NCBI GenBank assembly: GCA_008632985.1
Contig: QPGO01000084.1
Location: 186,001 to 250,000 of the forward strand
Direction of reading: 5' to 3'
Origin: Psammoneis japonica
Lineage: Eukaryota
DNA: 64,000 nt
Shown here: positions 27,202 to 38,536 of the stretch, in pieces
Position numbering within the stretch: the stretch's first letter is position 1
Layout: each line of letters begins with the position of its first letter
Made by a program: the position numbers and the translations under genes
Notes under the pieces: generated by a model
Database searches by the model: none
What the model saw: only the letters and a program-made list of their open reading frames with translations
What the model was told of the DNA's origin: nothing

Positions 27202-29283
27202 TAGATTGAAGATCCAAGATCCAACAAGATCCCACGCATGCTTCCGCCATGATGCCGCGATGAGAAATTGAAACGACGGTGCAATGATCATCTGGAAATA
27301 TCCGTGTGTCGACATGGCTGGTGCAGTGACTGGTATTTTAATAGAGGAAGTACCATAGCTCCAGCTCAAACCGGGAAAAAGGACTGTAAAGAAAAGCAGC
27401 AAGGCCAGTCGCAATGAGTGTGGAACGATGAGGAGAAAACGATTCGTGGCGTGCTACAAATCTCTAGTTTGAGTTCAGAGAGCTCGCCCCTTCTCTTACA
27501 TTCCGTTCCAGCCAGCCTTCTCTCGCATCTGCTGCACCTACATGATCCGGCAAAATTGCCTTGAGGGTGAGAAAAGGATGTCTCTGTGGCGAGAAAAGCG
27601 AAGAACTCGTGTAGGTTCTTTGTTTTCAACTTTTGTCGACTTTGGCATTATGATTCAGGCCAACAATGCTATGCCCGTAGCACTTTTGACGCGCTATGGA
27701 GTTTTGTACCGGTATAGACCCACACTTTGCGGCAGTTTTGACAAACTCACTGCGCTTCCGAGCCTCAGCACTCAGCACATGCGCAGTAACTACCGGTAAT
27801 ACGATTGATGTTTCGGTCTTCTTGAGACTGGCCAAGATTCTTACTTTCGGGGCCGATCGCGTCAAGTTTCAAGGAAACCAGAGAACATTCTGTCGGAAAT
27901 GGAAACGACACAATTCCAGACGAGTCGTTTACATTCAACATGTACTTTGGGCTCCGCATCTGCGAGCCGTGTCATGTTTTCGCGAGAAGCAATGACTTCT
28001 CGTAGCTAGTGGGGCTTTCCTACCTTTTCCGTTTCACGAGGCACAGTTTCTCTTGCGTTCTTGTTCGGCTTGACAGTAGCTCGGACAGAAGAGTTGAGAA
28101 TTCTAATTGGTGGGCGACGATTGATTCTTTTGTCCTTGGTGTTGCTGTCGATAACCTCGTGGGAGCGTTTGCTGGCCTTTCAATAGACAATGCTCTTGTT
28201 GTATCCGCTTTGTCATGTTTTACTAAAAGCGATCAAACCGAGAACGGAGCAGGTCAAGCTGAGGGCGAGACAAACTGAAAGAACGTTCCCGACGCCTCGG
28301 TCTAATGTGCTGTGATTCTGGAAGCTCGACGCGAAGGATTCAAAGCGATCTATGCTCACCGTGACACTCGCTCGAAACTACCTTGCGACTAATTATCTGA
28401 AGGCAATGCCGTGAATTCAGGTATCTACTCTATTTCACATAGCTTTAGGGAGAAACTACACACGGCGGAGGCATGCACACACTGACCAACCAAGGCCGTT
28501 TCCATCTCTTTGGCCTGCTGAAAGCTCCACCATCCTTGGCGGTACCACTTCTGATCTAATGTGGTCCCCACCAAGAACACTACAAGCCCGGTCCCACAGC
28601 CCTGCTTGGATATATGCATTCCCTTCAACGGCATTGTTGCTCATTGTACGTTTGTATCGTTTTTGAGGTAAGTAACGTTTCGCGGTAAGCCTCAAGATCA
28701 TGACTGTATCGAAGACGAACATTAGATCAAGAAACCAAAATGCCTTCGGCATCTGAGAAGCAAAGTTGTAAGCTCTGAATCTCTGATACCCCAAGCATTT
28801 CGCTCTTCGGCGTTTCCAGCAACTTGTTTTGACGACGTTCTGATTCTCCTCACCGGACAATTCGTTTTTTTTTTCAGAAGGCAACCGTACTTCACAACCA
28901 CTTCAGTTCTCTGATTTCCGCTATACAATGAACTCTGCAATGTCAGTACGTGCTCACGAATCTCTAAGTGGTCTCTGAGCACTGGCAGAGTGTAACTGCA
29001 AAGGGACATAAATAATCTAGCCGGAAGCTCGCTCTTGTACAGCTGGCTATATGGTCCAAAAGCCTACACAAGGAGATGCAGCAGCCTTTTTGAAGCACTG
29101 GCAGTCTAATTGACGAATCAACGAACGGACAAGAAAGATGAAGCTTGGCTTGGTTTGCGGCTGAGTATTCCAGGAGGGGATGTTTTGCGTCTTTCGCAAT
29201 GCCGTTCACACGACGATCAAATATGGTTCAAAACAAGATGAGGAAGAATAACTCTAAGTTCTAATCCTAAAAAACAAAATAAA

Positions 29284-32089
29284 CTACTTCGACGACGTCT
29301 TCTTTCTCGGTATCCGTTGAAATAATGGTGGTTCGGAGCCAACATCTGAGCGGGGTCGCTTTAGCTCACGGGTGGGTGTCCCCGTCACAGCTTTCAATTT
29401 CTTCAATGACTCCTTGAGGATGTCTTCACAAGCCTCTGAAATCTCTTCAACAGGGCATGACTGGAGTGCAAAACCCAACTTTGCTTGATCTTGGCATGCT
29501 CGCGACTGGAAACGAGACATGTCCAAAGCACCGTCGAACTCTTCTGCGATGGCGGCCATTGTTCTGTACGCTCCTAATTGAGTCCTTGCAGAACACAAAA
29601 TAGTTCATTCCACGGAAGAAGGTATTGTACCGGTTTTGTGGGCCTTTTTTGCCGTCCAAAGCATAAGCGAGCGTTCTCATGAAGTTCTCCATGAATCGAA
29701 TCGTGAGATGAGTCTCTTTTTCGTCGCCGGTTCCAAGCTGCATCCGAAATGCCTCTTGAAGTGTTCGACCCATTCGATACATTTCAATCCCGTTGCACTT
29801 CTTGTTGTGATGCCCGTAGGCATACTTCCACAGCTTCTTGCTGGCGACAGAGTGATGGCAGATCGCGTTGTAGTCAAGCATCCACAAAGGCAGAATCCAA
29901 GACCTGCCATCATCCCAATGTGGAATGGACTCCTTCATCGCTCATCGCTCGTCCTGCGGGAAGCAGGTCCTTCGATTCTTTATTAAGAAGCGAATTAAAC
30001 GTGGTGACAACGCTGTAACCAGTCTGTGTTGGTTTTTTTGGCTGTTCCCGCCACACCTTGAAACAAAAATTAAGCTCCCCCCTGCATCGCTCTTCCCAGT
30101 CCTTCATTTGCGGCAGTTGCATCGGACACTCGTCTCTGTCCTTCGGGAATGTAGCGGGTGCTTCAATTTCTAAGTTGTCGTGTGTCATTTTCATCATTGT
30201 GCACAGCAATGAGCCAGCCGAGAAATGATCCTTGAGAGCGTCCGTCACTTGAACATTTTTTGAGGTTAAAAGAATTGTTGCCGCAGCCCCAAAGCAGCGC
30301 GCTTGGCGCGGAAACATCTCACAGGAAGTTTGAACTGAGACTGCCTGTAAAGACACGAGAACAGATTAAATGCCACAGTTGCGTGAGAACAATTTCTGAA
30401 GAAGACAATCTGACAACTGCTGATTCTTACCTGTGGCAGTGACAAGTTAAACTTCATAACCAAGAGCAAGGTGAAATGCCAAAATGCTTGACAGTGAGAC
30501 GTTGGTTCCATGTTGCACTCAGCTTTCAATGCGCCCAATCCCTCAATTCCATCAAAAGATTCAGACTTTTGCTCCACCATGGATGGGACCAAACGTTTCT
30601 TCCAGCTGTCCGAGAGTTCGTACGTTTTTACTGCCTCATTCACAAGGGGGGTCATGGTGTCCAAACACAGAAGAGAGTTGTCAACGGAAGCACATGTGCA
30701 GCCAACTGAGCCGCATCGCTTCTGCCCCCCATCAGTGACGCAAGAAGCAGACACCACTTCTGTGAGACCCTCTCTTGATGAATTCTTGTCATCACTGTGG
30801 CAGGCGCACAGCTTCCGGTAAAAGTTGCGGAGGAGCCGGATGGCCTCGGTTTTGTGGTTTTTCTTGCTCAGCTGCTGCGCAAATTCTTGGTGTCGTTCTG
30901 GGAATTCTTCGTCAGTCCAGATTTCCTGACACCATTTGGGGGCAACCCGACACACGATTTCTGTCACAAGTGCAAAAAATGACTCTGCGGCTTCAGCGCC
31001 CTTCCTTGTGTTGGGTCGAGATGCACCATCGGGACGTTTTTTTTCTCGCTGCATTTTGACAGTGTCCGTGTCTACATCCTCCTTGACACTGGCCTCGTTG
31101 CACGCATTGATCAATGTGTCCACCTTGTCCCAGTCAATTGAATGGATGGGATGATCTGGTGCAAAAGAATTTTGAATCCAAAGGAAACAATTAGAATGAT
31201 CACTTTGAATGTCATAGAGAGAGAACGCAACGCCAGATTTGTCATTCTTGAGAGCTTGGGCCAGATCCTTCAGAGTGACTTGACAGTGCGGCAAGTTTGC
31301 TGGTCTTGCCACATGCACTTGCAATGTTGCTTGGCATGTTGTGTGCATGCGCTCCACATGCTCCGCCCTTTGTTTTGGGGACAGTTCCCCCATGTTGTCA
31401 AGGACTTTGTTGCCATTGTTCTTGCGGCAGGAGTCGTCAGCCTCTTTGAAAATGAAAACGACATTGCACATTGATTCCTTGAGGAGATCTGGAGAATCCA
31501 ATGTGTCGTTGGCAAGTTCCTTCTTTGACACGCTGTTTGTGCAGTCACCCGTCATTGTTTTTGTTCTGTCATCACCCACCCCTGTGAACACAGGTGTTTT
31601 GCGCGAATCCATCTTGTGTTTCACCTTTGTGTGCGAGGCGGCAAGATTGGCTCTCAGCGCCGCCACTTCGACACCACACTGTGCCGCGGCATGAACACTC
31701 ACATGCTCTGCTCGGTTGGAGCTTCTTGCATTGCCACCATGGATGCGCTGGCTCTGATGAGAATTGCGTTGGCTGTCGCCCCGGTCAGCAGATGACACAG
31801 GGCTTCTGCGAGAAGAACTGGGACAGTCGGGCACAGAGACGGTGCCGCAGGGCCAGTTGCTTTCACCTTCATTGCCGTCCAAATGACCACACTGTTGCTG
31901 TTGGCTGTCGGCTGATGATGCTTCAAACTTCAAAGCGTCTGCGCCATGGTTGGCCCAAGTGTGGCTGTGCGCGAGGGCGCAGGGGTCGGTTGGTTCCTGC
32001 CGGATGCTCGTGGTGTGGTGCCGACCGGCACTCACTCGTGCAGCCTCCTTCTGCCCCTCATGTCTCCCACACCCTCTTGAAATCTTCAC
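29284..32089 (-). pseudogene. Large unknown protein, frameshifted, with an HxDxxN motif
   Basis: Consecutive minus-strand ORFs (30266-32089, 29910-30356, 29447-29938, 29284-29598) read as one protein-like sequence. Contains CHSDDKNS and RCGSVGCTC (RYGSVGYTR restored). Confidence 0.45.
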
Positions 32090-35007
32090 TCAGTTAAAAA
32101 CATGAATTTGTTGTTGGTGTGGAATGGAGTGGCTTTCAAAGCTGTGGTGTCACACGCCGCTGATGAGGGCGGGATTGAGAGCATCACTTTCTTGGAACTT
32201 TGTGCTCCTCTCTCACAATGAGAGGAGAACATTGGCGAGCAACACCGACATGCAACAGAGGTCAGTTTCCTTGTTGTTCCCGCTCAAACCTGCCCTCTGC
32301 CAGAGGAGACAACCCCGACAGCACTCACTGACCTTGTCCGAGTTCCAAAAAACAGATTCTCTCAAAAGCAATGCTGGTGATTTTGGCCAAACATCCGTTT
32401 GCACTTGTTTGTCGCAGCCCTGCTTCCAGCTGTGGTGTGTGCCCACTTTCAAGGTTCAGAGGCATTTGTCAGCCTCAAAGCAACAGAGGGGCACACCACA
32501 CTGCAGTGCTCTGGCTGTCTCCCATGTGATGCAAAACTGGCATGCACATGAGTGTTGTGGGCTGGAGCTTGCTGCAGACAGCCTTGACTTTGGAAGCTTT
32601 GAGAACCTTCTGGTGAATGAATCTTGAATCTTGCCCTGTGAGTGGCATCTCTGCAGTTGATGATTGGCCAGAAAATGTCAAAGAGCTGCATGTTCATCAA
32701 TTGACCCAATGGCAATGAAGAGTTGACAGTTTGCTGCTGCTGCAGAGTTGCTGTCTCAAAAAGATTTCTTTGGGTGCCGTGCCATCATCAATTTGACAGC
32801 TCTGGCTGAGAGCTGGTGGCAGCAGAGGGTGACAGAGTGCCAAAGGGCAGTTACGGGCAATGATGCAGCCAACTCTCCAAGCACCAGGGCTGTAATGACA
32901 CAAGCACTTGTGGAAGAGAATGAGAGGCAGAGATCTCAGAGAGATCTGCTCACATGTCTGAGATGTCTGGCCATCATCCACAAACAGTCTGTCCATTGTG
33001 CAATTGGTGGACAGACACCCTCCACCCTCCCCTGATCTGGAAGGAATGGCAGTGTCACAGATCTGAAATTGATGATGGCTGAGCCAAAAATCTAAAGACA
33101 AAGTCACTTGACACAACCAACAGAGCCACGGCTGCATTGCAGAGGGAGCAAAGCAGCTCATGGGCAACCTTTGCAATGCAGCATGACCTGTCCAATGGAT
33201 GAACATGCTTGCCATTGTGCAAAACAATGGAATTTCCAGAAACAGAAAACATTGGGGCCTTGAGTGAACTGGCACTGTTGTTGGCAACACTGGGGGTCCA
33301 TCACCAAACACAGCAGATGGCACACTGTCAAGCCCCACATCAGACACAGTGGAGTTGTCTGGAAAACATCATGGCTCTTGTTCAGAACTCATTTTGCTCT
33401 TGTCAAGAATCCTGTGTTCTTAACAAGTGCTCATCAATTGTGCACAAATCGATTTTAACAATCATTTCAACATGCCAAGTGGGATTTAACACTTGATGAA
33501 AATGACTCTAATTCTTTGTTCAATCTTGACAAGATTGCAACCACAATGATTTTAAAATCATTCAGCTCGCGCTCACAATTTTAATGCGACCTTCCAAGTG
33601 GGAAACAATTGTCAATGAAACTTCTTAACCAGGGTGCAATTGTGACTGCTTTGCAATGTTGTTCATTTCTGACAACTGCAACATTCATTCGTTGCATTAA
33701 GATGCTTGCACATTGGCTGTGTGTTTCTTGCAATGTGATTGTGCCAGCTGTGTTTTGTCATTTCTGCAGTGAACACATTTTTGCTTCCTGTTTCCTGCTC
33801 TTCCCTCCTTGGCTTTTTTCTGTCTCCTGCCTGTTCTCCCATGCCGCAGTGATGGCATGATGCTTCGCTCATTTTGCTGACCCTTGCACCCGCTCTTGCT
33901 CGCCATGCACAAAATCCCACAGTTCGTTCCGTGTCGTGACCTTGTCTCTTTTGCTCGTCATGCCAGATTGCCAAAGCTTTGCCTGCAAAGAAGAGAAAAG
34001 AGCTTGCAGCAGTTCAGAGCACCGCACATGTTTCATTTTTGAGCGGGCTTGTCTTGACAAAAACAGCGCTTCTGCTCACCTTTGCACGCAGCCATGTCTC
34101 TTCCATGTTTCGTGCCAGTTTGCCAAAGCATTGCCTGTTGCAAAGAAGAGAAAAGAGCACGCACCACATGAGAGCATTGCATTTGCATTGTTTCGAATGT
34201 GCTTTGCTCACCTTTGTGTGGCCCCTGCAGGGCTGTCTTCCCTTCCATCTCCCTTTGCATGTCATCAACATCGTGTCTGAGTTGAAAGATTGGCCAAAGC
34301 ATCAGTTGTTTGCATTGTTGCCCAAAAGGGCCACATTGTTGACACAAGACAAGCCTTTGCTCCCCAACCAAGGTTGTTGTTGGCTCTCCTGGGGCACAAT
34401 GGAGTCACCCAAGGGGCCAGCAAAAGACATCTGGGCACTGGCGCTGTCTGCAGAAAGCTCCCTTGCCTTTGCAGGTGGGGTGGTGGCTCCATCACCAAAG
34501 CAAGCTGATCAAATCAGAAAGAAAAGGGGCTGCACTGGCCCAAGACAAAAGGCTTTTCCTTCCCAACCACCATTGTGGCTGTCTCCTCCTTGACCCAACA
34601 GAGTCTCTTGTGCCCGTCCTCAGACAACTGAGTGCTTGCACTGTCACACAGATGGATCCCTTGTCTTTCTTGCAGGTTGAGCAAGCGATTTCCATGCCAC
34701 AGCTCGACCGACGCCGAGGCACACCCAACGGTGAGGATGCATCCATGTGAATGATTGGTTTCCGCAGGAACCTGTCAGTTAAAGGACGACAATGTAAAGA
34801 GACGATTTGCGCCGCTTTTGTGACATGCAATCTAATTTTTGTCATTTTGTTTTCCATCACATCCCGCGGAACGTCTGAAGACATCTCCAATCACGACTCA
34901 ACATCATCATGGATGCACAAGACAACATTTCTGTTGCTTCAAGTGCTGCGCCTTCGGAGCGCTGAAACTCGGACGACGCATTTTCACAGGGTGAAGAGGT
35001 TGACTTT

Positions 35008-37110
35008 GTGCTGACACAGAATGCATCGGATGCAGCCAATGCATTGTCTCAATTGTTTGGGGGGGGGGTGGCTCAAGAAAATGCTTCCGTGGAGATGGAG
35101 CCGCAAGCCCACCTTGCTGTCGGTGTCAACCGACAGCCACACATGGCAAGCCCCACCGAGGCTGCAATGTTCAATCCTGGCGCAGCAGCAAATTCGGGCA
35201 CAACCACTGTTCCAACGACCTTGCCAACAGCCAGCAGTCAGACTCTTGCCCTTGCCAAAGCTGTCATTGCCAAGGACAAGAGCGTCCTCAATGTTTCGGG
35301 TGAGGATCGCAAATTGATGGAAGCCACTGCAGGCCAAGAAACGACTCACCAACAAAAATCCTGCAACCTCGAGATGCGCTTTTTCAACACCATTCGAGAG
35401 AAAGGCGGAAACAAGATGCAGTGCCTTCTGGAGCAAGTGCCGACGGAAATGAGCGATGGTCTCCTCGTGGATTTTCGATTCTACAATGAGGTTGGCGGAG
35501 AGAAGAGTGAGCCAAAACGCCTTGTGCTGATGAAATGTTGCGACTTGGCATTCTTCTCTTGGAAAACCCATCCACCGGAGAAGCCCTTGAACCATCCACT
35601 TTTGGGCAACACATGGGGACGCTTTTTGGAAAACATTCTTCCATCGCAAAGGCACAAAGCATGAGCCAGTCGGGTGGGGCCAGTTGGTTGCGCACGTTTG
35701 GGTTCAATGCAGCCGTGCAACCAGCCACACCCTGCAGGAAGAGCTGTTGGTGGCGCACGAGCAGAAGCAACAAAGCACAGAACACAGCGTGGGTCAAAAC
35801 ATTGTAAAATGACGCAACAACAAGCAGCGAGAAGAAACCCAACTTGACCCATGAATGCAGCGCATGCATGTTGTCCAACCACTTCAAGAGTGTCTTGCAT
35901 TCCCAGCTTGCAGATGAGGGGACGGCATTTGCATTTCTTGCCCCATGGTGTTGTTGTGCGTCATCGTGTTGTTTGCGCGAAGAACACGGGATCTGTTTGT
36001 CCGACAGTGACTCTGTTTTGCTGACAGCAGATGTTTTGCTGTGTTCAATCTGCAGACATTTTGAGAAGCGCTTCGGGGAAACTCTGTTGGGACCGTCAAA
36101 TAGAAATTTTTTTCAAACAGATTCCACAGTTCTTTCGGGGTGTTCTGTCGCACTTTTGAATTGGTGTGCACACACATTGGAGGCACAAGCAAATTAAATG
36201 ACATGCAATGGCCTCAGAGACCAAAACAAATTTGTGTTCCATGTGGACCGTGTAGATTGTGTGCCGGCGTAAAATCCACCGCCTGTCAACTCCTCAGTGG
36301 CAATTCTGCATGTGTTCTGCTTGCACCTCACACACGCACACATGCCCACACCAGTCCAATGACCACACACACACGCGCGAGATGACTTCAAGAAAGGCTT
36401 CAACGGGAAAGGAGAGTTTGCCGATGACTGCAAGAAGAGGTGGAAGGAATTGCAAGAAAGTGATCCTGCCTTTGGAGTTGGGAAGAATGCCACAAAATTT
36501 GATTGAGAGGGCAACAAAAAGCTTCGGGCAAAAGTTGCGGAAGGCAGACTCAAGCCCTGCGAGGATCCCTCTCACTGTCAAGAGATGCTTGCGGTTTGGT
36601 TTGCTCGTGGCTTCCTTTTTCGTGGAGTGGCAGAGGTCTCCAAAGCTGTGTGGGACCAGTTCCATCGAGACATTGTTGGCGATGATCAATCCGAGTTCTT
36701 TGGCATGCAGCAACTCAACTGTGAGATTGATGTCGACAAAACACACCAGCCGTCATTGTCAAATCTGAAAGGACACACCGAGAAAGAGGGGCTCATTGAA
36801 TGTGCTGAGAACCCCCATGACCCGGTTTGCATTGTCAAGATTTTTGATCAGTTGCGGAAGTGGTCTCATCCTGATCAAGTTTGCATTTTCTGCGGCCCGT
36901 TGAGCAAGGTGCAGAAGCGAGAATGGGATCTCAAAAACCTGCCCTGCAAGTTCAACCCAAACAAGCCGTTGGGAAAGACTGCCATCGGCACGAGTGTGAA
37001 GCATGTTGCGCAGTTGTGTGAACTCAAGGACTGGAAACAGTGTGCCAACCATGGCAATTGCGCATGCGGTGTTTCGCTCATGATGGTTGCAAAGGTGTCC
37101 AAAAATGTCG
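35008..37110 (+). mobile_element. Crypton-like tyrosine recombinase remnant
   Basis: GFLFRGVAEV (first catalytic Arg), DKTH, DPVCIVK, PLGKTAIG and CANHGNCACGVS (YxNHGxRAYG restored; HxxR). Probably interrupted at ~35660-36380 and truncated at the 3' end. Confidence 0.55.
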
Positions 37111-37206
37111 CGTGGGTCACAGTTGATGCTTTGCAAAAGGAAGGAAAAACACAAAATCGTGTGGAAATGAATTCAATGTCACACGAGAGAGTGATTGGAG
37201 CTAATG

Positions 37207-37317
37207 ACTTTTCGGGAACTGAATTGAAATGCCATCTGATTGACGGCATTGGCCTTCACTGCATGTGAATCAAAATGCCGTCAATCAGATGGCATTTCAA
37301 TTGATTTCCCGAGAAGT
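37207..37317. repeat. Long hairpin
   Basis: Perfect 29-bp arms at 37222-37250 and 37274-37302, imperfect outer arms, and inner ttcac/gtgaa pairing. Confidence 0.9.
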
Positions 37318-37708
37318 TGACATTCGTACACGGACGGATGGACAGACTGATGATAACTATTTTTGGTACTCTCCTACACAATTTCTACGTGATGACTCTC
37401 AGGACCCGAATGATTATTCCTGTTGAAATTCAAATATTCGGTTCCCACCCGTGCACCAAGTTCCCACGTACCGACTTCTACGGTACACAACCGCCAAAAT
37501 CGTCGCGGTCATAATGACTCGATTTTCTATACACAGTCTACACAGCGCTACGAACAACAATGTCAGTCCGACAACTGACAGGTTCCAAATAATGTTATTT
37601 CCTGACTATTTTATATAAAGCATTTCTTTTTGAAAATGTCCATAATATTGTATCGTTTTATTCATTATATATATTATGTTGTAACCATGCCACTACAAGT
37701 TTGTACCA

Positions 37709-38030
37709 TACTACGAATTGCTGAACAATTGCGCGATACACGTGCCCGAAGGGTGATTGTTGCTTCGGGCACGAAATTCGAGCTTCGCGCACGTAGAGAC
37801 CGTAGAAAATATACCAGCATTCGAGAATGTCCGATTTGTGTAGATCACGTAGCACAGTACCACAGAGGTCATTGATGAAATTACTTCAACGACTCATGCG
37901 ACTACAATCAGATTTTCAATACCATATACTATGTAGAATGGACATCTGCGCGAAGGAAGAATGTTGCTTCGGGCAACGATATTCGACCTTCGGGCACGTG
38001 TATCGCGCAATTGTTTTGCAATTTGTAGTA
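37709..38030. repeat. Inverted repeat / MITE-like structure
   Basis: Perfect 29-bp arms at 37724-37752 and 37987-38015 with imperfect extension. Internal direct repeat tgttgcttcgggca. Confidence 0.8.
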
Positions 38031-38536
38031 GCACACGTAGAGCAGATCGCTTCACCGAGCTCGATTTGAACGAAATCCCGTTCAACTGGATCGACGGTCA
38101 TTCAATGACACTCGCGGCGGGGACACGGGAGGGGGATAGACGTAATTTTGAATGCAACAGTAATTTTATTACGATCTGTATAAACATATGCTTTTAGCTG
38201 ATTTTCACGTTGTGCAGCCACAATGGCATGCGAACGAATCGTTCCCGCTGTGCTGCTTCGTCGTTGCCAGTTCCATTAGAACACACAGCGCCGCATAGAT
38301 AAAGCTTGAACGGAAGCGTGGTCGTATCAGTCCGCAGCTCTATTGAGAGTTCTGAATGCCAGGCGAAGAGGCGAACCCAAACCTTTTTGATTTGTTCGTT
38401 GGGTACCGGCAGGTTGATTGATCGATTGATTGGTACGTTTGCGAAGTGCTTGTCCCCGTATTGTAGTGTCTTGTATGCTTGCTTTATCTTCTTGTTCTTT
38501 CTAACCATGCTCTTATTCTCTAGTCGTAGACACAGA

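Larger units (their letters stand above)
30380..37325. other. TpA-erased domain II
   Basis: Only a few dozen TA in ~7 kb by eye, with Tyr-poor ORFs. The left edge is graded and the right edge is sharp at ~37326. Confidence 0.85.

Noticed and set aside
27085..27414. Signal-peptide ORF disrupted by the Mariner
   Set aside because: Joining the flanks gives a stop within a few codons and no recognisable domain.
38306..38536. ORF-track 5' extension of the JmjC gene
   Set aside because: Non-ATG start and non-protein-like sequence; the ATG at 38537 or one nearby is more plausible.
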